From: Geopsychrobacteraceae bacterium
GTDB lineage: Bacteria > Desulfobacterota > Desulfuromonadia > Desulfuromonadales > Geopsychrobacteraceae
NCBI GenBank assembly: GCA_963676795.2
Contig: CAXXTB010000002.1
Location: 2,016,001-2,080,000 of the forward strand
Direction of reading: 5' to 3'
DNA length: 64,000 nucleotides
This document shows, piece by piece, positions 49,205-60,680 of the stretch. The notes under the pieces were generated by a model. It ran no database searches, was not told the origin of the DNA, and saw only the letters and a program-made list of their open reading frames with translations. The position numbers and the translations under genes were made by a program. Each line of letters opens with the position of its first letter. Position 1 is the stretch's first letter.

Positions 49205-49867
49205 TCAGTCGACCTTGATCAGCTCGACATCGAAGAGCAGTGCAGCGTTTGGCGGAATGGTGGGAGGTGCTCCCCGCTCACCGTACGCAAGCTCTGAGGG
49301 GATAGCCAGCTGCCACTTATCCCCCTCATGCATCAGCAGAAGAGCTTCGGTCCACCCGGGAATCACGCCGCTGACCGGAAAGCTTGCCGGCGCGCCGCGA
49401 TCATAGGAGCTATCAAACTTTGTGCCGTCGATCAGCGTGCCGGTATAATGGACCTCGACCTTGGAGTCTTTACTCGGAGTCGCACCGCTGCCACTTTCTA
49501 CAACCCTGTACTGCAGACCGCTGTCGAGGGTGACAACCCCTTCTTTCTTAGCGTTTTCAGCCAGGAAGACTTTCGCATCAGTGGCGGCCTTGGTCAGCAT
49601 CTCCTGCTGCAGACGCTGCTGAAAAGCGATCAGCGTCTCGCGCATCTCATCAACTGTCAGCAGGGTCTCCTCCCCTTTCATGGCAGTCTGGAGGCCCGCG
49701 GCCACCTGATCCGGGCTGACATCGATCTGCTGCTGTTTGAGATTACCACCGATATTCATCCCGATCGCATAGCCGATCCGGTCGTTTTCAGTCTTGAATT
49801 GTTCAGCGGCCTGCGCAAACCCGCTGATCGCCAGCGCCGCACAGAGACCTACGATAAACTTCTTCAT
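49205..49867 (-). CDS. FKBP-type peptidyl-prolyl isomerase (FkpA/FklB-like)
   Basis: SGLQY, HYTGTLIDGTKFDSS, VIPGWTEAL. Confidence 0.95.
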   Translation of the reverse strand: MKKFIVGLCAALAISGFAQAAEQFKTENDRIGYAIGMNIGGNLKQQQIDVSPDQVAAGLQTAMKGEETLLTVDEMRETLIAFQQRLQQEMLTKAATDAKVFLAENAKKEGVVTLDSGLQYRVVESGSGATPSKDSKVEVHYTGTLIDGTKFDSSYDRGAPASFPVSGVIPGWTEALLLMHEGDKWQLAIPSELAYGERGAPPTIPPNAALLFDVELIKVD

Positions 49868-49892
49868 TTTAATCTCCTTGTCAAAAATACTT

Positions 49893-49928
49893 AAAAAAAG
49901 GGCCCGATGTTTACCATCGGGCCCTTTA
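49893..49928 (-). terminator. Terminator after korC
   Basis: AAAAGGGCCCGATG...CATCGGGCCCTTTTTTT. Confidence 0.88.
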
Positions 49929-49939
49929 TACTACGAGGC

Positions 49940-50491
49940 TTAGCCAGCCATCAATGCTTTTACTTTTTCATAGCCGAGATTATAGGCTTTTTTATTCAGC
50001 TCAACGAAGGCTTCAGGTACCCGGCGCAGAACCGCTTCCTGCCCCGATTCACGAGCAACGACATCGGTCAGTGCGATCATCGCCCCAAGAGCGATAACGT
50101 TGGCAACGATGATGCGCCCGATCTCGTCCTGAGCAGCCCGCATGATCGGCAGGTCATAGATCTTGTAATCCCCCTGTGGCGGGTTCTTGACAAAATCGGT
50201 ATCGACCAGCAGCAGTCCGCCCGACTTGATGCCAACGGCATACTTGTCAGCCGCTTCCTGGGTCATCGCCAGGCAGGCGTCGACAATGGTCGCCTTGGGA
50301 TAATCAATCGGCGCATCGCCGATGATAACCTCGGACTTGGATGCACCACCGCGGGCCTCAGGTCCATAACTCTGTGACTGAACGGCATGCTTGCCTTCGA
50401 TGATCGAGGCCGCTTCAGCCAGAATAATTCCTGCGGTAATCAGACCTTGACCACCGGCACCGGAAAACCGGATTTCGTATCTTTCTGCCAT
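49940..50491 (-). CDS. korC: 2-oxoglutarate:ferredoxin oxidoreductase gamma subunit
   Basis: SGAGGQG, SYGPEARGG. Confidence 0.9.
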   Translation of the reverse strand: MAERYEIRFSGAGGQGLITAGIILAEAASIIEGKHAVQSQSYGPEARGGASKSEVIIGDAPIDYPKATIVDACLAMTQEAADKYAVGIKSGGLLLVDTDFVKNPPQGDYKIYDLPIMRAAQDEIGRIIVANVIALGAMIALTDVVARESGQEAVLRRVPEAFVELNKKAYNLGYEKVKALMAG

Positions 50492-50514
50492 GATTCTAGT
50501 CTCCTTGCAGACGA

Positions 50515-51330
50515 TCAGGCGCCCTGAGCGCGCTCAACGACTTTGGCATATTGTTCACAGTACTCCGGACGGTCCTCTTTATGAAGAACACCAGTCAGGA
50601 CCTTCCCCTCAAGCTGTTCCGGGGTCATTTTGGCGGCAGCAGCAACCGGCACTGCCATATCCTTGAGCCGCTTCATCATATCAACGACACTGCGGAACTT
50701 GTTACGGCGACCATAGGTTGTCGGACAGTCATCAAGGATCTCGATGACCGCCATCCCCTTGTGCTTGATCCCCTCGGCAATCAACTTGTCGATCTGGGTC
50801 GCATGGAAAGCAGTGGTCCGGGCAACAAAGGTCGCACCGGCACCGATCGCCAGCTTGCTGATATCGAAGGTCGGATCGGGGTTGCCGTAAGGGGTGGTCG
50901 AAGCCTTATCACCGGTCGGAGTCGTCGGCGAGAACTGGCCACCGGTCATCCCGTAGATGTAGTTGTTCATGATGATGTAGGTCATGTCGATATTGCGTCG
51001 GCAGGCATGGATGAAGTGGTTACCACCGATTGCGGTACCATCGCCGTCACCACCACAGACAATAACGTTCATCTCCGGCTTGGCCATCTTGACGCCGGTT
51101 GCAAAAGCCGCCGCGCGGCCGTGAGCCGTATGCAGGGTATTGAAATCCATGTAGCCGGGCAGCCGGCTGGCGCAGCCGATACCTGAGACGATCGCCGTGT
51201 TGTTTTTTTCAAGACCGCAGGTATCAATAGCGCGGATCAGGCCTTTCATAACAATGCCGTGACCACAGCCCGGACACCAGATGTGTGGCAACTTGCCCGG
51301 ACGGATATATTTTTCGTAATCGTAAGCCAT
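50515..51330 (-). CDS. korB: 2-oxoglutarate:ferredoxin oxidoreductase beta subunit
   Basis: WCPGCG, GDGD...NN TPP motif. Confidence 0.92.
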   Translation of the reverse strand: MAYDYEKYIRPGKLPHIWCPGCGHGIVMKGLIRAIDTCGLEKNNTAIVSGIGCASRLPGYMDFNTLHTAHGRAAAFATGVKMAKPEMNVIVCGGDGDGTAIGGNHFIHACRRNIDMTYIIMNNYIYGMTGGQFSPTTPTGDKASTTPYGNPDPTFDISKLAIGAGATFVARTTAFHATQIDKLIAEGIKHKGMAVIEILDDCPTTYGRRNKFRSVVDMMKRLKDMAVPVAAAAKMTPEQLEGKVLTGVLHKEDRPEYCEQYAKVVERAQGA

Positions 51331-52469
51331 TAGAGGACCTCCTTAACCTGATCAATAATCTGAGCAGGAGTGATCGGGTCGCCGTCTACGCGGTTAACTC
51401 CAGCCAGGGCACAATCACTTTTCACTACACGTTCAACCTCAAGAATCATCTGACCCAGGTTGAGCTCCGGCACGACAATCGCTTTGACCTGCTTGCCGAT
51501 TTCAGCAATCCGCTTTTCCGGGAAGGGCCACAGCGTGACCGGACGGAACAGACCGGCCTTGATCCCCTGGCTGCGCAGTTCGTTGATCGCATAGCGAGCC
51601 GAACGGGCAGATGAGCCGTAGGCGAAGACAACGACCTCGGCATCATCAACCAGATACTCGTCGTTCTTTTCAATGATCGCCCGGGCTTCAGCAGACTCAA
51701 CCTTGCGGATCTGACGGCGCTCTTCAGCGTCAACCAGTTCAGCCTTGGTAGTCGGGAAACCGTCAGCTGCCTTGTTCAGACCGGTGACATGGAAACGGTA
51801 ATCGGTACCGAATGCGGCCAGCGGCGGTACGTCGCCGAAAGACGGATCAAACGGCTTGTAGTCTTCAGGACCCACGCTCGGAGCAGCACGGTCGATGACC
51901 TCCAGCTCACCGGGCTCAGGGAACTCGATACGCTCACGCATGTGACCGATGATCTCATCGTAAACAATCTGAACCGGCATACGGAACTGCTCAGCCAGGT
52001 TGAAGGCGCGGACCGTTTCAGAGAAGATCTCCTGACAGGTCTCAGGCGCAACGACGATCGCCGGGTGGTCACCGTGGGTCCCCCAGCGGGCCTGCATAAC
52101 GTCCGACTGGCCCGGGCCGGTCGGCATACCGGTCGAAGGACCGCCACGCATAACATTGACGATGACGCAGGGAATTTCCGCAATACAGGCGTAACCGATC
52201 AGCTCCTGCTTGAGGGAAATACCAGGACCGGAAGATGCGGTCAGCGACTTCGAGCCGGTCAGTGATGCGCCGATGACAGACGCCATGGCTGCGATCTCAT
52301 CTTCCATCTGAATGAACTTTCCGCCGACCTTGGGAAGCTCGCCGGAGAGAACCTCAGCAACTTCGGTTGACGGGGTAATAGGGTATCCGCCGAAGAATTT
52401 ACAACCGGCATAAAGGGCGCCCTGGGCGCACGCTTCATTTCCCTGTAACAATGCAACTTTCTTAGCCAC
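51330..52469 (-). CDS. korA: 2-oxoglutarate:ferredoxin oxidoreductase alpha subunit
   Basis: GYPITP, QMEDE, RGGPSTGMPT. Confidence 0.92.
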   Translation of the reverse strand: MAKKVALLQGNEACAQGALYAGCKFFGGYPITPSTEVAEVLSGELPKVGGKFIQMEDEIAAMASVIGASLTGSKSLTASSGPGISLKQELIGYACIAEIPCVIVNVMRGGPSTGMPTGPGQSDVMQARWGTHGDHPAIVVAPETCQEIFSETVRAFNLAEQFRMPVQIVYDEIIGHMRERIEFPEPGELEVIDRAAPSVGPEDYKPFDPSFGDVPPLAAFGTDYRFHVTGLNKAADGFPTTKAELVDAEERRQIRKVESAEARAIIEKNDEYLVDDAEVVVFAYGSSARSARYAINELRSQGIKAGLFRPVTLWPFPEKRIAEIGKQVKAIVVPELNLGQMILEVERVVKSDCALAGVNRVDGDPITPAQIIDQVKEVL

Positions 52470-52490
52470 GAAGCGACCTCCTATAGCGAC

Positions 52491-52685
52491 TTACAGCTTA
52501 TGGACTTTGATGGCGAAATCTGGGCAGCGCAGTTCACACTGATTGCAGGCGATACAGGCCTCAGCATTGGCAACCCTGGCGACAAAACCATCAATTTCAA
52601 GAACCTTGGTAGGGCAGAACTCAACACAGATACTGCACCCCTTGCAATAGCTTTCATTAATCTCGATTTTCGCTTTCGCGCTCAT
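52491..52685 (-). CDS. korD: 2-oxoglutarate:ferredoxin oxidoreductase delta subunit (2x4Fe-4S)
   Basis: Two CxxCxxCxxxCP motifs. Confidence 0.9.
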   Translation of the reverse strand: MSAKAKIEINESYCKGCSICVEFCPTKVLEIDGFVARVANAEACIACNQCELRCPDFAIKVHKL

Positions 52686-52853
52686 GAGCGATTCATCTCC
52701 TTTTAATCCGTGTTACAGCGTTTGATCCACCGTATTGCGGGCAGATCCTAGCACAACTCATTACGATGTTCCAGACAATAAACTGCTGTTTTAAAATTAT
52801 CCTACTGGTCGCTACCATGATGAATTTACGGATTAAATTACCCAGCAGTTTCT

Positions 52854-52881
52854 AAAAAGAAAGGCAGTCAAACAGACTGCC
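52854..52881 (-). terminator. Terminator after mdh
   Basis: GGCAGTC-N5-GACTGCC followed by a U-rich tract. Confidence 0.7.
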
Positions 52882-52906
52882 CTTCCACATTATCTCAGCT
52901 CGATCG

Positions 52907-53878
<972 letters not shown>

Positions 53879-53948
53879 TTATTCAGACTTTAATAAGGTG
53901 CGGAGAGTACGCTCATCCGCCCTGTGCAAGTTGTTAATAACCCAATCC

Positions 53949-56177
53949 CTACATTGCGTCAATGATTGCATTCAAAGTCTTGCTGGGACGCATTGCCGCA
54001 TCAGCTTTGACCGGATCAAGCTTGTAATAGCCGCCACAATCCAGAGCATCCCCCTGAGACTCGATCAATTCCTGATCGATCGCCTCTGCTTTTTCGGTCA
54101 ACTGCGTTGCAATCGGCATGAAGCGATCCCTCAACTCCTTGCTGTCATTTTGCGCAACAAGGGCCTGAGCCCAGTAGAGGGTCAGATAGAAACTGCTGCC
54201 GCGGTTGTCGATCTCACCGGTCTTGCGGGACGGCATCTTCTGATGTTCGAGATACTGACCGATGGCCATATCGAGGGTTCTGGCCAGCACAGCGGCCTGC
54301 TCATTACCATCATTCGCAGCGATCATCTCCAGAGAAGGAACCAGCGCACAATACTCTCCGAGAGAGTCCCAGCGCAAATGCCCTTCTTTGAGAAACTGCT
54401 CAACATGTTTTGGCGCAGAGCCGCCGGCACCGGTTTCAAACAGACCGCCACCGGCCAGCAGCGGCACAATCGACAGCATTCTGGCCGAGGTCCCGAGTTC
54501 GAGAATCGGGAAGAGATCGGTCAGGTAATCGCGCAGGACATTCCCTGTGACCGAAATCGTGTGCTTACTCTCCCGAACCCGTTTCAAAGTGAAACGCATG
54601 GCATCAAGCGGAGCAAGAATCCGGATGTCAAGGCCGTCAGTATCATGTTCAGCCAGATAGGTATTGACCTTCTTGATAAGTTCGGCATCGTGTCCGCGAT
54701 TTTCATCCAGCCAGAAGATTGCAGGCTGTCCCGCTACCCTGGCCCGGTTGACTGCCAGCTTGACCCAGTCACGGATCGGCAGGTCCTTGGTCTGACAGGA
54801 GCGGAAAATATCGCCCTTCTCCGCCTGCTGTTCCATCAGGACCTCTCCAGCAGAATTTACGATCTGAAAACACCCGCAATCAGGAGCAAAAAAGGTTTTA
54901 TCATGCGAGCCGTACTCTTCGGCCTTCTGGGCCATCAGACCGACGTTGGAGACACTCCCCATGAGCGCCGGACTGAACTGCCCGAAACGGGCCGCATCCT
55001 CGATGATCTCCGCATACATCGTCGCATAGCAGCGATCCGGGATCATGGCGATGGTATCCTGCAGTTCGTCATGACGATTCCACATCTTGCCGCCATCACG
55101 GACGATGTTCGGCATGGAAGCATCGATAATGACATCATTGGGCACATGCAGATTAGTGATATTGTTACGGGAATCAACCATCGCCAGGGCCGGGCCCGTC
55201 TCATAGCAACGCTGAATATCAGCGAGGATTTCTGCTTTCTGCTCATCTCCAAGCTTGTCAAGCTTATCGAGAATCCCTTTCAACCCGTTGTTCGGATTGG
55301 CACCGATCTCTCTCAGAACGGCGGCATGTTTTTCCAGTGCATCTTTGAAATAGACCGAGACGCAATGCCCGAACATGACCGGATCAGAGACCTTCATCAT
55401 GGTGGCTTTCAGATGCAAAGAGAGAAGCACGCCCTTTTCTTTCGCTTCAGCCGCTGTCGCCGCGTAAAATTCGCGTAGTTTTGCAACGCTCAGCAACGAG
55501 CTGTCGATGACTTCCCCTTGCTGAAGAGCGATACCATCCTTCATGACAGAGGTATCACCCTGAGCAGAAACAAATTGAATCCTGACGCTGTCCGCAGCAT
55601 CAAGAGTCACCGATTTTTCAGAGCCATAGAAATCACCGTTGTCCATATACGCAACGCGACATTGCGATTCACCGGGTGACGGCCAGGCTTTCATCATTTT
55701 ATGCGGATGCTTAGTGGCAAATCTTTTAACTGAATCAGCAGCACGACGGTCTGAATTTCCTTCACGCAGAACCGGGTTCACGGCGGAGCCGAGAATCTTC
55801 GAATAGGTCGCCAGAACTGCCTTATCTTCATCGGTCCTGAGTTCTTCAGGATAGTTGGGAACCGCGTATCCTTTTTCCTGTAACTCCCTGATGGCTGCCT
55901 GCAACTGCGGCACGGAAGCACTGATATTTGGAAGCTTGATGATATTGGCCTGCGGATTCTTGACCAGCGCACCCAATTCAGCCAGAGCATCCGAAGTTCT
56001 TTGATTTTCCGTCAGTCTGTCAGAGAAATGGGCGAGAATTCGTCCTGCGAGTGAAATATCCTTTTTCTCGACCTCGATACCGGCTCCCCTGGTAAAAGCC
56101 TTGACGGTTGGCAGAAATGCGTAGGTCGCCAACGCAGGTGCTTCATCAGTTTCAGTCCAAACGATCTTAGATGACAT
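53949..56177 (-). CDS. icd: Monomeric NADP-isocitrate dehydrogenase
   Basis: [29 protein letters not shown]. Confidence 0.97.
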   Translation of the reverse strand: MSSKIVWTETDEAPALATYAFLPTVKAFTRGAGIEVEKKDISLAGRILAHFSDRLTENQRTSDALAELGALVKNPQANIIKLPNISASVPQLQAAIRELQEKGYAVPNYPEELRTDEDKAVLATYSKILGSAVNPVLREGNSDRRAADSVKRFATKHPHKMMKAWPSPGESQCRVAYMDNGDFYGSEKSVTLDAADSVRIQFVSAQGDTSVMKDGIALQQGEVIDSSLLSVAKLREFYAATAAEAKEKGVLLSLHLKATMMKVSDPVMFGHCVSVYFKDALEKHAAVLREIGANPNNGLKGILDKLDKLGDEQKAEILADIQRCYETGPALAMVDSRNNITNLHVPNDVIIDASMPNIVRDGGKMWNRHDELQDTIAMIPDRCYATMYAEIIEDAARFGQFSPALMGSVSNVGLMAQKAEEYGSHDKTFFAPDCGCFQIVNSAGEVLMEQQAEKGDIFRSCQTKDLPIRDWVKLAVNRARVAGQPAIFWLDENRGHDAELIKKVNTYLAEHDTDGLDIRILAPLDAMRFTLKRVRESKHTISVTGNVLRDYLTDLFPILELGTSARMLSIVPLLAGGGLFETGAGGSAPKHVEQFLKEGHLRWDSLGEYCALVPSLEMIAANDGNEQAAVLARTLDMAIGQYLEHQKMPSRKTGEIDNRGSSFYLTLYWAQALVAQNDSKELRDRFMPIATQLTEKAEAIDQELIESQGDALDCGGYYKLDPVKADAAMRPSKTLNAIIDAM

Positions 56178-56249
56178 CCATAAACTCCTTGATGATCAAA
56201 CGACGTACCCCTCAATACAGTATTTCCATGTTCCGAGCATCACAAATTC

Positions 56250-56283
56250 TGTATACAGTATGCAAACAGCCCAAAACTGTCAA
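56250..56283 (-). promoter_or_regulatory. icd promoter with overlapping operator-like motif
   Basis: TTGACA-N17-TACTGT; TGTATACAGTATGCA covers the -10 box. Confidence 0.65.
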
Positions 56284-56353
56284 GGGCTATTAGCTTCAAA
56301 ATCCAGGGGAACAAACCCAGGATTCAGCAACACAAAACAAGAAACAGTCTAAC

Positions 56354-56405
56354 AAAAAAAACAATGGCAGGGCGTTTGATACTCATCAAATCACCCTGCC
56401 ATTGT
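56354..56405 (-). terminator. Terminator after the LysM gene
   Basis: ACAATGGCAGGG...CCCTGCCATTGT stem followed by a T tract. Confidence 0.8.
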
Positions 56406-56438
56406 CAACACGTCATAATAATATCATCCACAGGACAG

Positions 56439-57158
56439 CTAAAACAGATCGAGATCCTGTGCTTCACGTCGGGCCGCATCAACCTCACCACGGGATTTAT
56501 CACGGGGCACGACGAGGATCTGTCCGGCAAAGATCTCCGTGGGATCCTTGATCTGATCGCGATTCGCCTTGTAAATCAGTGGCCAGAGCTGCGCGTCGTT
56601 ATAGACCTCGGGACGCGCCGCGACCATCGCCAGGTTTTCCCCCGACAGCACCTCAACCTGATCGACCAGCAGCGGTTTCTGTTCCGACTCGGGCTCCACT
56701 TCAACCGGCGCGCTGACCTGCGGCTCCACTTTCGGCTTGGCCATGGCCAGTTCACGCTCGCGCTGCCGTTTCAGCTCAGCCTGCCTTAATTCAGCCTGGC
56801 GCTTTTCCTCGCGTTGGCGCTGAACTTCAGCCTGATGCTGCTGTTCCTCAATCTGTGCCTGTTCCTCGGCAATACGGTCTTTTTCGGCCCGAGCTTGACT
56901 CAAGGCCTCATCCGCATAGCGGCTGGACAGCGCCAGGGTCCTTTCCGCAATCTGGTATTCACCTTTGGCGATCTGCTGCTCGGCGGCCTGCAACGCACTG
57001 CTTGCAAGCTGATACTCTCCCGGGGCCAACTCGGCCGCGCCATCGGCGTAGGCCATGGACACCTTGGTCCGGGCCTGAGACAACAGCTCATCCGGCAGCT
57101 TGGCACAACCCGCAGTCAAAAGGAGCAATAGCGCTATATATAACAGACGATAATGCAT
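56439..57158 (-). CDS. LysM-domain lipoprotein with coiled coil
   Basis: Lipobox TAGC, WPLIYKANRDQIKDP; ATG at 57158 preferred. Confidence 0.8.
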   Translation of the reverse strand: MHYRLLYIALLLLLTAGCAKLPDELLSQARTKVSMAYADGAAELAPGEYQLASSALQAAEQQIAKGEYQIAERTLALSSRYADEALSQARAEKDRIAEEQAQIEEQQHQAEVQRQREEKRQAELRQAELKRQRERELAMAKPKVEPQVSAPVEVEPESEQKPLLVDQVEVLSGENLAMVAARPEVYNDAQLWPLIYKANRDQIKDPTEIFAGQILVVPRDKSRGEVDAARREAQDLDLF

Positions 57159-57390
57159 CTGCACCTGCTTCTTGGCTGGTTTTTGTCCGGAAACGGCCCT
57201 TTTCCGCCGTAGCCGCGTCAATCTGCGCATTTGCTTGTGCGGCGTAAAGCACTACGCCTTAAGCACAAATGCTTGATTTTCTTGCTACAACGAAAAATTG
57301 CTCGTTTCCGAATCAGAAACGTTACTGCTGCCATCCGGAGTTAGCGGAGGACAACAGCTGCAAACGAAAATGACGTAACAACAAAACAGC

Positions 57391-59178
57391 CTATTGTTGC
57401 TTGGCGCGCAGCCGAATGCCCAGCTCCTGCAACTGTTTTTCGGAAACCACATTTGGGGCTTCCGACATAAGACAGGTCGCTTTCTGGGTTTTCGGGAAGG
57501 CAATAACGTCACGAATCGAATCAGCACCGGTCAGAATCATCATCAGACGATCGAGACCGAAGGCGATGCCACCATGAGGAGGAGCACCGAAGCTCAAAGC
57601 ATCAAGCAGGAAGCCAAACTTCTCACGGGCCTCTTCCTCCTCGATACCCAGTAATTTAAACATACGGGACTGAACAGCCTGATCGTGGATACGGATACTG
57701 CCGCCACCGACCTCGGAACCGTTCAGAACCAGGTCATAGGCCTGGGCACGGGCCTTGCCCGGTTCGCTGTCGAGCAGTTCGATGTCCTCCTCCAGAGGAG
57801 AGGTAAACGGATGGTGAACAGCGACATGACGCTTGCTTTCGTCATCCCACTCAAGAAGAGGGAAATCGGTGATCCAGACAAACTTGTAATTATCCTTTGC
57901 AGCAAGCCCCAGTCTTTGGCCAAGGTGACCACGCAAACGGCCAAGAGCCTCGTTGGCAATCGACGGCTTGTCAGCCATAAACAACAGCAGGTCGCCAACC
58001 TGTGCGTCAAGAGCCTTGCTCAGCGCGTCAAGTTCATCTGCGGTGAAGAACTTGGCAATCGGCGACTGCCAACCCTCTTCCGTCACCTTGACCCAGGCCA
58101 GCCCCTTGGCGCCGTAGATCTTGGCGAAATCGGTCAGATCGTCAAGATCCTTACGCGAGAAGGTCGCGCACCCTTTGGCGTTCAGAGCTTTGACCAGCCC
58201 CTTATTGGCTGCCACATCGGCAAAGACCTTGAACTGAGAACCGGCAACCAGAGAGGTGATATCGACCAGTTCCATAGCGAAACGCATATCCGGGTTATCA
58301 ACCCCGAAGCGTCTCATCGCTTCGGTGTAGGTCAGGCGCGGCATCGGCAGAGAGATTTCGATATCGAGTGCAGCCTTGAAAACCTTGGCGACCAGCCCTT
58401 CCATGATCGAAATGATGTCATCGCGATTGACGAAACTGAGCTCGCAGTCGATCTGGGTAAATTCCGGTTGGCGGTCAGCGCGCAGATCTTCGTCACGGAA
58501 ACACTTGACGATCTGGTAGTAACGATCGAATCCGGAGACCATCAGCAGCTGTTTGAACAGCTGTGGAGACTGCGGCAATGCATAAAAGTTGCCGGTATTG
58601 ACCCGGCTCGGAACCAGGTAATCGCGGGCACCTTCCGGGGTGCTCTTGGTCAGGACCGGGGTTTCAACCTCAACAAAGCCGTTATCATCCAGATAGTTGC
58701 GAACGGTTTTGGAGACCAGGTGGCGCATCAGCAGGTTGTTCTGCAGCGCCGGCCTGCGCAGATCGAGATAACGATGTTTCAGACGGATAATCTCGGCGAC
58801 CTCGGTATATTCATCAAGCATGAAAGGCGGGGTCTCGGAGCGGTTCAGAATCATCAGCTCGGAAACCTCGATCTCAACCTCCCCGGTCTTCATTTTCGAA
58901 TTTACTGTCCCTTCCGGACGCGGTGAAACCTTACCACGGGCGGCAACAACAAATTCATTACGCACCTGCTCCGCTTTCTGCAGCGAGGCAAGGTCACGAT
59001 CAGGGTCAAGTGCCAGCTGAACGATACCGGTCCGGTCGCGCAGGTCGATAAAAATCAGGCCGCCATGGTCACGCCGGCGCTGAACCCAGCCCATAACACA
59101 AATTTCCTGCCCGATCTCCGCCGATGTCAGTTCACCACAACGATGTGATCTCTTCCAGTTTCCAAGTTTATCGTTCAA
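57391..59178 (-). CDS. aspS: Aspartyl-tRNA synthetase
   Basis: [38 protein letters not shown] start at 59178 after GGAGG. Confidence 0.97.
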   Translation of the reverse strand: MNDKLGNWKRSHRCGELTSAEIGQEICVMGWVQRRRDHGGLIFIDLRDRTGIVQLALDPDRDLASLQKAEQVRNEFVVAARGKVSPRPEGTVNSKMKTGEVEIEVSELMILNRSETPPFMLDEYTEVAEIIRLKHRYLDLRRPALQNNLLMRHLVSKTVRNYLDDNGFVEVETPVLTKSTPEGARDYLVPSRVNTGNFYALPQSPQLFKQLLMVSGFDRYYQIVKCFRDEDLRADRQPEFTQIDCELSFVNRDDIISIMEGLVAKVFKAALDIEISLPMPRLTYTEAMRRFGVDNPDMRFAMELVDITSLVAGSQFKVFADVAANKGLVKALNAKGCATFSRKDLDDLTDFAKIYGAKGLAWVKVTEEGWQSPIAKFFTADELDALSKALDAQVGDLLLFMADKPSIANEALGRLRGHLGQRLGLAAKDNYKFVWITDFPLLEWDDESKRHVAVHHPFTSPLEEDIELLDSEPGKARAQAYDLVLNGSEVGGGSIRIHDQAVQSRMFKLLGIEEEEAREKFGFLLDALSFGAPPHGGIAFGLDRLMMILTGADSIRDVIAFPKTQKATCLMSEAPNVVSEKQLQELGIRLRAKQQ

Positions 59179-59284
59179 AGCATCCTCCAAGAACCGAAGT
59201 TCTATCATTTTTTGTATTTATAAGTTCAAAACCAATCAAACATTATAGATGGCCACATTTCAAGCGGTCAAGAAATACCGAGAT

Positions 59285-60538
59285 TCAGCCCAGTTTTTCC
59301 TGCAACTGGCTCGCCAGACTGTCAAGGACGACCGGGGTTTGCTCACCCGAAGCCATCTCCTTCAGCTGAGCCTGCCCACTGCTGATTTCATCATCACCGA
59401 GAATCAGGACGTAATCGGCCTTGAGCTTATCGGCGCGCCGCATCTGCGCTTTCAGGCTCTTCCCTTGAAAATCCATCTCGGCACGGATCCCTTTCGCCTG
59501 CAACCTGGCCATCAACACAAAGGCATAGTCGGCAGCCGCATCGCCAAGGGCAGCAACAAAAAGCTGTGGCGAGGTCGGCACAATCTTGTCTTCCCCCTTC
59601 ATCAGGACCAGACGTTCCAGGCCGATCGCGAAACCGATGCCCGGCAGAGCCGGTCCGCCGAGGCTTTCCACCAGCCCGTCATAGCGACCACCGGCCGCAA
59701 CGGCGTTCTGGGAGCCCAGTTTGTCCGTCACCATCTCAAAGGTCGTTCTGACGTAATAATCGAGGCCACGCACCATACGTGCATTGACGCTGAACGGAAT
59801 CTCCAGGGAGTTCAGATATTTCTGTACCTGAGCAAAGTGCTCGTCACAGCGATCGCAGAGGTGATCAATGATAGCCGGGGCATCCTGGGTCGCCTCCTTG
59901 CAGCCGGCCGACTTGCAATCGAGCACACGCAACGGATTTTTTGTGTAACGGCGCTGACATTCCTCACAGAGGACATCAAGCCGCGCTTCCAGATACTTAA
60001 TCAGTTGCTGACGGTAGTTTGGACGGCAATCGGGACAGCCGAGGGAATTGACCTGCAGTGAAACCGAATCGATTCCGGCCCTTTCAAAAAAACTGTGGAG
60101 CATGGCAAGAATCTGGGCATCAATCTTGGCGTCTTCAACCCCGAGAGCCTCGACACCGATCTGGTGAAACTGCCGGTAACGTCCTTTTTGCGGACGTTCG
60201 TAGCGAAACATCGGCCCCATGTAATAAAGCTTGGTCACAGCATCCAGGTTGAACAGCTTGTTCTGGATAAAAGCACGCATGACCGGAGCGGTTCCTTCAG
60301 GGCGCAAGGTGATCGAATTGTCACTCTTGTCCTCGAAGGTATACATCTCCTTTTCAACTATATCGGTTGTCTCACCGATAGAGCGACAGAAGAGTTCGGT
60401 CTTTTCGGGAACGGGGGTGCGAATTTCGGAAAACCCGTAAGTCCCGAAAACCTCGCGAGCCTGCTGCTCAAGAAACTGCCAGGTTTCAATTTCGCCGGGC
60501 AGAATATCGTTCATGCCTTTAATACCAGTGATACTCAA
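59285..60538 (-). CDS. hisS: Histidyl-tRNA synthetase
   Basis: LRPEGTA, RGLDYY, GGRYDGL. Confidence 0.97.
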   Translation of the reverse strand: MSITGIKGMNDILPGEIETWQFLEQQAREVFGTYGFSEIRTPVPEKTELFCRSIGETTDIVEKEMYTFEDKSDNSITLRPEGTAPVMRAFIQNKLFNLDAVTKLYYMGPMFRYERPQKGRYRQFHQIGVEALGVEDAKIDAQILAMLHSFFERAGIDSVSLQVNSLGCPDCRPNYRQQLIKYLEARLDVLCEECQRRYTKNPLRVLDCKSAGCKEATQDAPAIIDHLCDRCDEHFAQVQKYLNSLEIPFSVNARMVRGLDYYVRTTFEMVTDKLGSQNAVAAGGRYDGLVESLGGPALPGIGFAIGLERLVLMKGEDKIVPTSPQLFVAALGDAAADYAFVLMARLQAKGIRAEMDFQGKSLKAQMRRADKLKADYVLILGDDEISSGQAQLKEMASGEQTPVVLDSLASQLQEKLG

Positions 60539-60680
60539 AGCTGAAATCCTTTATATATCGATATGATTCATGATTCTCAGGAATTGCGGAATTCTCAGGG
60601 AGGAGAAGATACCCTATTTCAGGACATGCGGAAAGGGGGAATCGCCTTTTTTCGTCATTTTAACGGGAAAGCGCCCGAGA

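Noticed and set aside
53898..60061. Long plus-strand ORFs (526, 413, 270 aa), and similar ones at 33456, 34864, 36499 and 38143
   Set aside because: Antisense shadows of icd, aspS, hisS, pilB, ribF and pilY1 caused by codon bias
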